Below, in pieces: positions 38,550 through 50,981 of a DNA stretch of 64,000 nt. The position numbers and the translations under genes are program-made. The DNA comes from Lobosporangium transversale. Taxonomy: Eukaryota. The stretch lies in the NCBI RefSeq assembly GCF_002105155.1, contig NW_019029003.1, positions 310,001 through 374,000 on the forward strand, written 5' to 3'. The notes below the pieces were generated by a model. The model had not been told where the DNA came from, searched no databases, and saw only the letters and a program-made list of their open reading frames with translations. The number at the start of each line of letters is the position of its first letter. The stretch's first letter is position 1.

Positions 38550-39709
38550 ATAACATTCTCTATTTTTTAAGCTTCACATTAAAAATGGGGTCCTGAGATC
38601 CTTGGAAATCATCTTTTCTTCCCCCCTTGTGTATTCAAGGTTGTAATAAATCATGAAAGAACATAAACATGGATCTAATATTTTGTCGAAGGGTACTTTC
38701 CCTCACTTATCAAAGGAAGCTCCATCAGCACGACCATACACATACTGCAGCATGTTTGCCCTAACGACATCACAAATTTCATTAAAGTACTTGGATTGCA
38801 TACCCATCTCTTGTAGGCTTATATGCCAGTTACATTTCTGCGATGTCTTTTATCATGTCTGGTCAACCTCATGGTAAACAACGAATCAACAAATGAGGAG
38901 GGTAAAGGTATGCATTTCCGAATGCAGGAGCGAAAGTTATCCGTATGTTTCTCTCTTTCCTGAGCATATGACCTATCATTGTCGTGTGTGTGCAACAATC
39001 CCCGATTATAATGGATGGTAAATCAGGGTTGGTTTAGATGTACCCGTTCCTTTGCTGATGCCCTTTGAACAGGGACAGACCAAACCGTTTTATTAAATAG
39101 CTGCGGGGGAAAGGCCCTGTTCCTCAGTCTGGGCAACTATGCTGTCATACATGTCTATCCCATATTTTTTTTTTTTACGATCGCAGAAAATCCCCTTGCA
39201 AAATATCAAGTTTGATCCCTGCTTTTCAGCGCATTGATGACGAGCCTAGTTCATGCGATCTGCAAGGAAATTTTGGACGTTGTGTGGCACTGCTCAAGAC
39301 TTGATACTTTATTGAATGTCAATCGATTCTCTCACACGTCCTTAAGGACTTCCATGGTGCTCTCTCCGAAGTGAACTTCGTGGATTAATATCCGCTCTTT
39401 ATTGCACATCGAGGACAAGTTGGCGGATTCATAATATGCGTCCTTTCAAGATGCTCCTCCACTTCACATATCAGCACGGCTAAAAGATTTAAGATGTCTT
39501 CACGAGAGATGAATTCGCCGCATTGTACTGTACAACGATCCTCCATTTGCAATGCCGGGTAAGAAACATGTCGCTTCTGGCATTCTTTTTCAGTCAAGGC
39601 CACATAGTATTGGCTCAGTACATGTCCTAATGTTTCATTCATGCAACTAACGAGACGATATGTAGTTCGCTACTTGGAAGCCAGCAGCTGTAGCAGTAAT
39701 GATCTCAAC

Positions 39710-39807
39710 CAGTGCTTCTATTCGAACTGAAATTTTGTCAATTATGATGTTTCAGATTAAAAAAATAAATATCAATTGACAAAATTTCAGTTCGAATAGG
39801 AGCGCTG
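39710..39807. mobile_element. hAT-type MITE, 98 bp
   Basis: 34-bp TIRs (cagtgcttctattcgaactgaaattttgtcaatt, 2 mismatches) with CAG...CTG termini; exact 8-bp direct repeat atctcaac at 39702-39709 and 39808-39815. Confidence 0.88.
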
Positions 39808-40667
39808 ATCTCAACACTCTCCATTTCTCCTCTCTCTCAATAGCTGTATGAGAAAGATAGTTGAATCTAGAAAATGGTAGAGATAAAAGACTATCTACAT
39901 TAATGAATGGAAGGAATATCACTTTCAGATTTTGACATCAAAGACCGAAAAAAAAAAACCCCCCCCTACCGATTTAGTCAGCTCTGGTGTATGAAAGACA
40001 GCTAGTTGAGTGGCAGAGAGGCAAAAGATGAAGAGGTGTGTATGTTTGTTTTTTGGATGGGCAAGAGAGAAAGACAACAGATATAAGGAAGAAAGAGGTT
40101 GAAGAAAGAATAACGCATTGATCGTATGTGTGGTTTGTCACGCTTCTTCCCTGTACCATCTTAAAAGTCTGGGGCATGCTGGTGGCAGATCATTCAGCCA
40201 AATGCACCTGTGCGTTGCAAATGTTCGATGCAACCCTTTCTGGGATTTCTAGGATATATGCTAGACCCATGAAACCTGTACGATGACACGTCCTCTACGT
40301 TCCCACTACATTTTGATTCGCGCTTTTTGATGCTCATTCATATAACCCCTGTCGAATAATTGACGTTCATTATCCATCGAGCTAGCCAAACAAACACTGT
40401 TAAACATTCCAGCAATTCTTTGGTAAAACATGGGATTGCCGAAAAATTCTCCATGTCTTTATAACATGGCTTTATTTAGCCAAAAGCTTTTTTTGTTTGT
40501 ATACATTATTTGATAAGGATCAACGAACAATCTTTTTAAGAAAATAAAAATACATTGAGCAAGATTTCAAAGAATTTTTTTATGGTACAATTTTTTGTTT
40601 GTTTGTTTGTTTGTTTTTGTTTACATTATTTTTGTGAGTGTGAATGTTGAATGTTGAATGTTGAACT

Positions 40668-42530
40668 CTAGACGACGAATTGTAAAATCCTCTTCCATGT
40701 GGATCGATTGGCCCGCATATCCTCCTTGTCTGATTCTGAAGGGATGAACCGGCCGGTATCTAGATCTGCGTTCTCAGCCTTGATTAGCTTAGTACCACGG
40801 ATGAACTTGAATGAGAAGAACAGGATCGCAGAGATCACCCATGGGAACCAAGCACCTAATAAACCTTGTATATATGTATCGCGGGCCGTATAGTAAGCCG
40901 ACATTTCTTCTGGCGTCGCGCCAGACCCTGGGTTTCGAGGTGGGTTGATGATCGACAGGTACCAGGTGGCAACAATACAGCATCCACCAATGACAGCGGC
41001 CAGAATGTTGCCATAAGGATAGCCCCAAGATACATAAGGTAGGTCGACTACTTGATGGTCCTGTTTCTTCCAGCAGTAACGGAAACGGAAGTGGAGTAAG
41101 AGGATAAGCATCCACGATTGGAAAAGGAGGGATCCGATGATAGAGACGAACCACTTGAAAACAACGCCCGAACCAACAAAGATTGTGATAAGGGACAAGC
41201 AAGAAGAGATGGTAACAATACCAACAGCTACCAAGGGAACACCGCGTGCGTTCGTGTAGCCGATGGACTTGTGTGCCCAACCATTTCGAGCCAATGACAA
41301 GAGTGTGCGCGTAGCAATGTAATAGTCAGAATTGATGGCTGAGAAAACCGAGGTGAAGATGACAGCGTTGATGTAGTTTGCAGCAGCACTGACACCAGCC
41401 TTAGCAAAGACCAATGTAAAAGGGGCCTTGGCAGCCGATGAATCTGCGTTCATCAACGCTGGATCATCGTTCATTACAATCGAACCCAGAAGAAAGATGG
41501 AGAGGATGTAAAATATCGCAATGCGCAAAAAGACAGTGTTGACGGCCTTTGGAACATGCTTATGAGGATTACGAGATTCGGCAGCGGTGACACCAATCAT
41601 TTCAGTGCCACCATATGAATAGCCGACAGCAACTAACGTTCTCAAAAATCCAATGATACCACCCTTGAAGGGAGCACCAACAACATGCCATGCCTTCATA
41701 CCGTACTTGACTCCTCCAAGGACGCCGGCATCGACAAGGATACCGCACACAACAAACATTACAATAGTGATGATCTTGAGGATCGAAAACCAATACTCGA
41801 GCTCTCCATATGCTCTAACACCAGCCATATTAATGATGACCATGAGCACAATGATGCTGAGTGGAACAATCCAGACTGGAAAGTTGGATCCTGCTGGCAA
41901 CCAGTATTCAATAATGACAGCAGAGGCGGACAGCTCTGCTGAGATTGTCAATGCCCAGTTGATGAAGTACATCCATGTCATCTGGAAAGACAGGGCTTCG
42001 TCAAACACACGCCCACCCCATGCATTGAAAGCACCAGGAAGAGGGAGCAATGTGGCGATCTCACCAATAGCTTGGCAAACAAAGACAACCCAAAGACCAA
42101 TGATAGTGTATGCAAGTACTGCACGGGAGAGAGCAAAAAAAAGAAAAAGAAAAAAGAAACCATTTAGTTCACATGTTTTATTGAGCAGGGTCAATTTCTA
42201 TGTGAGCAGAAGGGAAGGGAAAGCATCTGTTTGTTTGTGTGTTCGTTTGTTCGTTTGTTCGTTTGTCTGTCTTTTTTTTTTTTTTTTTTTTTTTTTTCCT
42301 CACTCACAGGCGCCTCCAGGTCCTGCTGTAGCGATAGTCGAGCCAGAGGTCAAGAAAAGACCTGTGCCAATTGTACCCGAGATGGCGATCATGACCATGT
42401 GTCGGAGACGGAGATCACGCTTAAGACCCCGTTGTTCTGCAGCGACACCTGCATAGTGGGGGATCGCCTGTATCTGGTCGATCTCATAATACCCCTCCTG
42501 CATTTCAAATTCTGGGTCGTATTTCGACAT
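40668..42530 (-). CDS. Amino acid permease, APC superfamily (YAT family)
   Basis: LKRDLRLRHMVMIAISGTIGTGLFL, YGELEYWF, YSYGGTEMIGVTAAESRNP, multiple TM helices; one intron 42307-42119. Confidence 0.95.
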
Positions 42531-44563
42531 TTTTATTGTCGTGTCGTGAATGTGTGTCAGTGATGATGCTGGAGGAGAAAATAAAAAAACAAAGTTGGAA
42601 TATTAATAGTCCAAGTGTTTTGAGTGTTGTTAACAAAAAAGGATTGAATGCAGAAGAAATTAAATGGAAGTAGAAGTGCGTGTGGAATTGGGGCGTTAAA
42701 GATGGTATTGATGATATGATTAAATGAATGAATGAATGAATAAATGAGTATTATGATATTAATGAGAGATGACTGTTGGGTATGATTTTGGACAAAGGGT
42801 GAGGCAGAGTCGGAGAAGGGGGAAAGAGTCCTCCTTTTATTGTTCTCTTCTACGCCTGCCCTGTCATCAAAGTGCTGAGGTGTTGTATTGAAATGCTCAT
42901 CGAAAATAAATAAATGTTTTGTTCGTGGTACATGTACATCTTTCATTCTTTTTAAGGTTTGGTCGCAAACGGTGGTCCGCCCAGACCCTGGACATGTCAC
43001 AAAGAAATCAAAAACAAAAAAACAATGCAGAAATGGCAAGTGGACCGTTTAACTTTCGCCTCTTTGCCAACAATGTCGTACGAACATTTATTGTAGACAT
43101 TTTTTATCCGTGACAGACAGCAAGCAAAGTAGAACCAACTTCTTCCATATTTATGACAGAGAGAGAGAGAGAGAGAAAGGGATGAAAGTAAGCGAGTGAA
43201 GCAGCAGTGAGAGTGGAGTGGGAGTGGGAGTGGGAGTGAAGAAAAGAAGGTTTAATAATGATAGCATAGGGAGTATATAGTATATTAAAAAGCTCATGTT
43301 ATTCTTCAGCTTTGGCTAAAAGAACAAGATGGAATGGACTAGACACAGACGTCGCCAAGACAGTGGGTAAAGAGTATGAATCGCAGATTCGCTTACTGAC
43401 TACTGGACGAAGCAGTCTGTTTGGTGCGCTGTGAACACTTTTGTTGAAAAGATTTACTTTTTAGACACTTCCTCCACTCCAGTCAGTGCGTCCTATTACA
43501 AAGCAACCATAAAGTCAATAATGTATACAACATTACATTGTGGACCTTAATTTTTTTTCTTTTCTTTTTTTTTTCAGTTCAGGAACAAGCACCAGTTCAG
43601 CCCCAGATAGGAACCACAAAGATTCTATTCCATCAAAATAGTAGGACCATAAAAAAAAAAGTTAAAAGCCAATATGAATATTTAGCTCAATAACACTTAG
43701 CACATGACCGATGAAACGTTATTTCCTCGAATTCTACTGGTCGTCCGAGAAAAATGAAATGGAAAAATGAAAAAGGAGAGAATCCGGCTCTCACTCACTC
43801 TTTTGGGAGACACTCTTTGATGGTCCAAGTGTGTATACTACGCATATAGTATTTTCCTTGATTCATCTGTCAAAAACTTGCGAATGCACACATTGATCCA
43901 GAATCTTGTTTATCCTACAGAAAGAACAAAAAAAAAAAAAAAAAAAAATTAACGCTGTTTATGTGACAATGTTCTAGACATTAACATTCATAACATTTTC
44001 GACTGAAGCTCACTTAAAATCAGAGCAAAACAAAAAAAAAAAAAAAAAACCTGCAAAGAGAGCAAAACGGCTTTTAGGTTCTGCTTATGTACCGACGTTA
44101 TGGTCGTGTGAGTGGGGCATCTCTTCATTCAAAGACACTGTTATCTTATTATCTATTTCGTATTTAACTCACATACCCATCTCTCACGCCCTGTTTCTAG
44201 GATGAATATTTACAATAATAGTTACCCATGTCTTTTTTAGCTTCCCTTTGCCCTCTAGTTTCCGAATTTCATTTGGACTAAAGTTACTCATCTATGAGTC
44301 CCGAGATATCCTTGATACCCGAGGGTTTTTCTGGGCTGATAACCTCCATTACAATTCCTGTTGCTACTGTCGCTGTTGCTGTTGTTATTCTGTTCATAGA
44401 TTAATGGGCTATATTTATCCAACAAAACTCTATCGAAACTCAATCCTGTACATGTACAACCTGTAATTCTTTTCTTCCTCAGAGTCAATGATCCTGAATT
44501 GGTTGGACTGTTGTCGTTGTACAATAGGAATTATACGAGTTAATACGATAAGAGAAACCTCTA

Positions 44564-44840
44564 CGACTCCAGTCTCACTGTTTTGCAAAATGTGCAAAAA
44601 AGTGGATTTTATATACGTTCTGTGATGCTCATTGGCTAGATTCACATTTAATTCAAAAATTTTTATTTTAAATTGGCTGGCAAAGGGTGAGAGGAGAAAG
44701 ACAAGCAAAAAAATCAGGCAATTGAATTGTGGTTTTAGAATAAATATTTTGAATTAAATGTGAATCTAGCCAATGAGCATCGCAGAACGTATATAAAATC
44801 CACTTTTTTGCACATTTTGCAAAACAGTGAGACTGGAGTG
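44564..44840. mobile_element. MITE/foldback element with ~105-bp terminal inverted repeats
   Basis: actccagtctcactgttttgcaaaatgtgc...aattcaaaa (from 44566) is nearly the exact reverse complement of ~44734-44839; ~60-bp spacer; TA dinucleotides flank both ends. Confidence 0.85.
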
Positions 44841-44890
44841 TATACTTTTGGTTCATTTTTCCAAGCACACTGAATGGTGGAAATGGCGGA

Positions 44891-44923
<33 letters not shown>

Positions 44924-45432
44924 GGTCAAGGAGAAATACTAATCTAACAGATATGTGGACTCAAGATCTAGATCTGCTCAGTTGTTCATAAAACATAGCC
45001 CAAACACTCGATAGAAAGTGGAATGGAATGATGTTTTAGTCACTTAGTCATGTCAGTCCAGCCATTGTCACGTTGTCACATCTCGTTTCCGGTTGTATCA
45101 TTTTATGAAGCCTAGAATAATTAAACGCATGCATCTCTGTCCGCTTCACCACCAAAGCCATGATTGTTTCTTTTAGGATGCATTTGATGATTAATTACGC
45201 TGCAGTCAACTTTTGGGCATGTGAGCTTTCATGCAGGATCTGTTGAGTTGTATACTCACAACTTAGTTCTTTAAAGACAAATAGACAAATGCCATCAACA
45301 AAGCCCTTGTTTGTACCTACATACAGCACAACAAGCCCTTTCTCCTTTTAATGTTTTGGTGGCGTGTTTATGTCATAACCTCTTAAATTACATTTATTTA
45401 ATATATATACTTCCAACGTTAGCAGTGTACTA

Positions 45433-47721
45433 TTAGTCACGTCGCCATGATCTCCAAAATGTATGGTCTCCTTCAATAACTTCTCCTCCTTCCAGCCAGT
45501 AACACATCTCCTCTTCGCGTTTTCTTCTCGCAGTCAATTCTTCTTCTCCTTCTCCATACCTATCATATCCACCATCGTCATTCTCAACCTCAACTCTAGC
45601 TCCGACTCCAGCTCCAGCTCTGGTGACCACCATTAATCCTTTAAACTGTTCTAGTTGTGGCCACTTTTCTCTCATCCACCGAAGCTCATTGATTGAGATC
45701 TTATGCTTTAATCCTGTCAAATCCAGCTTTCGCAGCTCTTTCAGTCCTTCTAATTCCTGTAACCCAGTCTCCAAGGTAAACTCTAGGCACTGACTCTGTT
45801 GATAGGTCATTGTCCAGGGGAGCCGAACGTTCGCATGTTCTCGACCGAGGTGTCTTGGGTCTCCATATATACTGATTTCGTAACCCATAAGGCCCATAAG
45901 GCCTGGAGCAGATCGTACCACTCCGTGAGGCCCTCGAAGCTCCAAGCTACCAGACGACCAATGGGAAAGATCCAGCTCCCGAAGTTGATAGCATTGCCCT
46001 AGCTGCTTCATGACCCGCTTTTGCAGTTCTTTAAATCCCATCTCCTCTGAATGCTTTGATGGCATCCTAGGTGCTATGGGTGGCTTGATTGAACAATTGA
46101 AACAAGGCACCTCCAACATAATCTGGCATCGCATAACCTCAAGTGTCTCAGCACATAGCCATGACGACTGAGAACGCTCTCTTTGCTCTTGCTGCTGTCG
46201 ATCCTCCTCTTCTCGATAATACCATCCTGCTTCTATTCCTCGTCCTACTCTTCCTCCTTCATCTCCTATGTACTGAGCTAAAAAGTACAGCCCCTGACCT
46301 GAAAAGACCCTCAGCTGAGGCATACACTTTAAAAATTGCTGGATATCACTGCTCATTAGCCCTCCTGCTTGAACCCCAAGATCTAATATCTCAAGAGAGA
46401 GCTCACTACTCTTTCGAATAGCTGACAAACTCTCGTATGAAAAATTGATAAAATTACGCAGCACAATCGATTTCCAATTCGTCGCAACGAGCAAATTGGA
46501 GAAATGCTCTTCTCGAAGTTCGCTCGAATCCTTCCGAAGCTCGACCTTAAGTTCTGTCAAGTCTTCAAAAGACGTTTCTGCTATCTTAATATCGAACCGT
46601 TCACAAAAGTAGTCTCCTGGATCGATCAGATGAAGCAATCGTAAATGAGGGCATCGTCGAGCAATGAAGACCCTAACCAAAGCTCGAGCCGTCTCCACGT
46701 TGTTGAGTATGAGCTCTTGAAGGTTGACCAACGGCTGGCGTGAAATATTATTAAAGTACTCATGCCGATAGTAATGTAAAGGCTCCGGATCTGGCAGGCG
46801 ATTATGATACCATCTTACGAGCTCATCCTCATCATAACCGTCATCGTCGTCAGTCAACCCTTCTTGTTGGTCATCATCCTCATCCTCTTCATACTCCTCT
46901 TCAACATCGCGTGCTGGATACAGCGTATGATCGTAGTCCTCATCCTCAGAATCATCGTAGGATTCTTCCCTCCAATCGTCCGGAACGATGATTTCGAGAC
47001 GTTTCAACGACTGCGGGAGGATGCCTGGCCAGAGAAGGTGCTCAAGGCCACCAACATTGCCAAATACACGAACCTGTACTTTGAGCTCCTGTAGGTTAGA
47101 GCATTGACGGATTAGTCGGATAACATCGTAAGGATCTTGTGTCAAGCATGCGTCGGCTCGAACCGGTACCACTGGGGCCAAGATATCGCGATATTCTTCT
47201 CTAGGCAGCTTCCCTTTAATATCTTGATGTTGAGGCTGACTGCCATGTTCGCTGCACAAGTTCATACCACCATCATCGTCGCCATCGTCATCGCTGTCAT
47301 CTGTCTGATCCTCCAAATCACTGGGATAGTAAAATGTTGGCTGCATCTTTGGCGGTCGAAGTGCTCGGCAGATCTCCTGATCAAATAAAATCGACAATGA
47401 CCATAGGCGTGGGAACCAAGGCTCAGTATCAGTACGATCAGAGACAGCCACATTTTCGAGTAACGGACCGACAAATGAAGGATGCGGAGCTTCAATCGAA
47501 TAGATATGCCTTGATCTCTTGGATACTTCTTCGAGGATCTTGAGTGATATGAATGCGGTGTAAGTAGCAAAACATACTCGAATGTTGTAGTAAAGTGCTG
47601 CTTTAAAGGCTTTGCTCCAATCCTTGCTAACGAGAATGCAATTGATCAAATCACTCTGATCGAGGTAGAAACCGATCAACACAAGGACGTCAAAAGGAAG
47701 AGGCGAGGGCGATCGATCCAT
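45433..47721 (-). CDS. F-box / RNI-like leucine-rich repeat protein, intronless
   Basis: N-terminal F-box LPFDVLVLIGFYLDQSDLINCILVSKDW; LRR-like LQELKV, LRELDLS; C-terminal CLEFTLETGLQELEGLKELRKLDL..ELRWMREKWPQL. Confidence 0.9.
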   Translation of the reverse strand: MDRSPSPLPFDVLVLIGFYLDQSDLINCILVSKDWSKAFKAALYYNIRVCFATYTAFISLKILEEVSKRSRHIYSIEAPHPSFVGPLLENVAVSDRTDTEPWFPRLWSLSILFDQEICRALRPPKMQPTFYYPSDLEDQTDDSDDDGDDDGGMNLCSEHGSQPQHQDIKGKLPREEYRDILAPVVPVRADACLTQDPYDVIRLIRQCSNLQELKVQVRVFGNVGGLEHLLWPGILPQSLKRLEIIVPDDWREESYDDSEDEDYDHTLYPARDVEEEYEEDEDDDQQEGLTDDDDGYDEDELVRWYHNRLPDPEPLHYYRHEYFNNISRQPLVNLQELILNNVETARALVRVFIARRCPHLRLLHLIDPGDYFCERFDIKIAETSFEDLTELKVELRKDSSELREEHFSNLLVATNWKSIVLRNFINFSYESLSAIRKSSELSLEILDLGVQAGGLMSSDIQQFLKCMPQLRVFSGQGLYFLAQYIGDEGGRVGRGIEAGWYYREEEDRQQQEQRERSQSSWLCAETLEVMRCQIMLEVPCFNCSIKPPIAPRMPSKHSEEMGFKELQKRVMKQLGQCYQLRELDLSHWSSGSLELRGPHGVVRSAPGLMGLMGYEISIYGDPRHLGREHANVRLPWTMTYQQSQCLEFTLETGLQELEGLKELRKLDLTGLKHKISINELRWMREKWPQLEQFKGLMVVTRAGAGVGARVEVENDDGGYDRYGEGEEELTARRKREEEMCYWLEGGEVIEGDHTFWRSWRRD

Positions 47722-48192
47722 AATGAAATAGTATATCTAAACTAGGGACTTGTTACAGACATGAAAATAAGAGGTAGCGACCAAAGGAAAGAAACGAAAT
47801 GCGATGTCCCAAACGACACATTTATATATAGTTTTGCCACCATTAAAAGCGGCGAACATCTGATACAAAGCTCATAAACTTTATCAAGATTTGAATGAGC
47901 CCACCAGTTTCGTTTTTATTTTACAGGAATGCTTTTTTGCTGATGATTTTCATGATATGATAATTATTTGCAACATTGAAAAGTCAAGGGGTGAATGATT
48001 GTACACATTATAAATGTAGGCTATGGTTAAAAATCATCAAGGAGTAAAGAAATAAAGCGTAAAAACCTATAATTCTGCAAACAATGTTTGCGTGATTGAA
48101 AATAACATTAGGTTGGCAAATAAAGCGGACTTTTTTTTTTTTTTTTTTTTTTTTTTGTTTTGTTTTCAAGTTGTTTTCATAAAGTCCATTTT

Positions 48193-50981
48193 TTAAACAT
48201 CTTTGGCACTGATCCCTTGGAGCCATCCAACTTTAGCGAAAAACTCCCAAAGTCGACTAGTCTTGTTGACATCAATGCGACACATCTTTTGCGCATCCGA
48301 TTTGCGGAATGGTTTGCCGTTGGGTACTGCAAAGTAATCACGCGAGGCAAGAATGATAGTTTGTTTACAGTTCAGATACTGGGCAGGTGAAAGTCGAAGA
48401 ATCGAAGCAATCTTTGCCTCATGAGGATGCAAGTATTCAATACCAGGTTTATCTGTGATTGAGAGAGGTTGACCTAAAAGATCAATGGATCAAGCAAAAA
48501 CAAATATTAATTTTAGATGAATAAGTAGCAGCAGAATAAAACAAAAAAAAAAAAAACAGCCTACTTACCCTTCCAATGAACTGCGGGTGGGGTCTTGACA
48601 TCCAACATTGAGATGGGTCCAACATCCGGCTCAAGGATCACCAGTTCTTCAGGTTCCTGAACTACACGCTCACCACCATGTGTAAAGCCCGAAGAAGACA
48701 CATGATCTCCACCATGAGATTTCTTGGTGCGTTTGCGATTGCTAATGATGTTGCCGTCAGCATCCAACAAGCCCAACTCCGCTGCTCGTTTTTTAGACAT
48801 ACGAGTGCGCTTGATGGGCTCAGTATCATTGTCTTGCGATACCACTGAAGTAGAGTCTGTTCGTTGACGCTTGAAGTTGGTTCCGATATCACTGTCATTA
48901 TTCTCGGACCAATCGCGGTAAAAATGCTTTAGATCAGTATCCGTATCTATAGATGAATCATCTGTCAACAGGTGGCTAATCGACATAGCTGCGGGGCGTG
49001 ATGAGCTTCCAGAAGATGAGCTTCCTAAACCTTCTGAGATGGACCTGTTGGAAAACGTTGACTTGGGTTTGCTACTGGGCGATGAATAAATGCCGAAATT
49101 GCGGGCAACATCCGATGTCGACCCCTGCTTGGCGTCCTCATGGCGCAGCACTCTGCCAGTGGCTGTTAATATCAGAGGCATAGATTGTCTTCTAGACACG
49201 CCCGTTGATGAGCTCTCGCCTGCACTGCCTCGAAACCTGGCCTTTCCTTGCATGGTAGCATGTCCTTCCTCTTCATCATGGTGTTGGTTTTCGCTGGATG
49301 CCTCATGATGTCGCTTCTCGTCGTATCGACCGCCTTCTGGTCGTAGCAGTCGAGGATTCTGACGGTATATGGTATAGTAATCCAAATTGATGTATTCGCT
49401 CGATTCTGTATCCAATGACGATGTGCGCATCACCTCTTGCCCCGAACGCTCTGGTGCTCGGCTCGGTGGTAATTTGTGTGGATGCGAGTGTGCATATGAG
49501 GTTTGATTCTTGTTGGAGGTCCATGGAGCCAATGAAGGTGGTGACATTGGCCGATTTCCTGCTGCACTATCGTATGGCCGCGATACAGTAGAGCTATTGC
49601 TTGATCCGGATAGTGAAGCTGTCATATATATAGGAGCCGAGCAAGCTGATGAGGGGCGAGACGAGAGATGCGTACCGCCGTACTGTGGAATGCTTGAGAA
49701 CACTGCTGGAGGACTCGATGGAAATAATGGCGAGAGAATAGTTTTAGAGTCTGCGCCAATATCTGCCTCTGAACTGGAGGGTGACAAAAGATCATGTGGA
49801 TGTTGAATATTATTCTGAGATGTGGTGTGGGGACGATGCTGGGTCTTATTGTTGCAAGTCAGATGCAAGTCAGGTGACAGCGAGACAGTAGGTGCAGGGC
49901 TTGGCAGAGGGCTTGGGGAGCTTGATGATCTTGTAGCTAAAGAGTCTGCGGAGGAGCGCACAACGGTTGAGTGTCCGTGCGCAGCTCCGTGACAAACCTT
50001 GGGATGATTGGAGTGATTTTCATGATTATGCCCACGAGCTGCAGGATGTTTGTCATAGCTCTGTCTTGACTGAGGCGATGTATTAGGGTTGGGAGAGTCA
50101 TACAGCTCAAAGTCTCGACGGATTGACAACTGCCCAGTGTCATCAGCCATGAGCTTGTTGAATTTATTAGGGACTTGTGGAGAAGTTGGTCTATGACTGC
50201 TGTTACTGTTGTTGTAAGTTGATCCTGGCCAATAGGACCGGGCAGGCACAGTGCCATGAAGATATCCGGCGGATAACTGCGGAGAAGGCCTTGAAGGAAC
50301 ATGGTCTTGGAGTGGTGAGGATAGGGTATGGGTAGTATGTTCAAGTGCGGGTAAGGTTGCAGATGCAGATGTAGATTTTGACGGTTTGAGATAATGGCCG
50401 ATTCGAGGATCTGACAAACCCATTCTCACAGGTAGACGGCCAATACTTTCAGGGTTAGGTAATGGAAATGAAGAAGTTTTTTGGTAGTCTGACTGGGATG
50501 TCTGATATGGCCGCTGAATGGGATGCTTTGTGTAAGGAGGAGGAGGAGACAATGGTGGCTGTGGCAGTGTTTGTGAGTAGTTGGTGATATTATGTCCCAC
50601 CATCATCATGTCGCTTTTGTTAATTTGATTACTGTTATTCTTTGTGGAAGAAGTAGGAAGATGTGGAGAAGGAAGAAGAGTCGAAGAGGTGACGGATGGG
50701 ATAAGGGGGCTATTATTAGCGGATAGAGAAGAAGAATAGTTTCTTCTATTGTCCTGGTAGAGCGTGTGATCAAGGATGGATTGCTGAGGCTGAGGTTGTG
50801 GCTGAGGTTGAGACTGAGACTGAGACTTGCGAAGGAAGCCTTGCGAAGAACTTTGGATGTGTGAGGACGAAGGCTGATGCTGTCCCTGAGATGAAGAAGA
50901 TGAGGCTTGTTGAGATGGAACTGACTGTGGATGCTGCTGTGCGACTGGAAGATGGGGTAGAGTAGTGTGGTCTGTGGTCAT
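48193..50981 (-). CDS. SWIRM-domain protein (Fun19/Laf1-like chromatin regulator)
   Basis: Long disordered N-terminus, then VHWKG|QPL..LHPHEAKIASILRLSPAQYL..FRKSDAQKMCRIDVNKTSRLWEFFAKVGW; intron 48568-48474. Start inferred at ATG 50981. Confidence 0.9.

Noticed and set aside
41653..42456. 267-aa + strand ORF
   Set aside because: Antisense to the amino acid permease; no independent coding signal.
43206..43240. (GTGGGA)n tract as telomeric repeat or G-quadruplex
   Set aside because: Only three GGG runs and not TTAGGG-like; an ordinary microsatellite.
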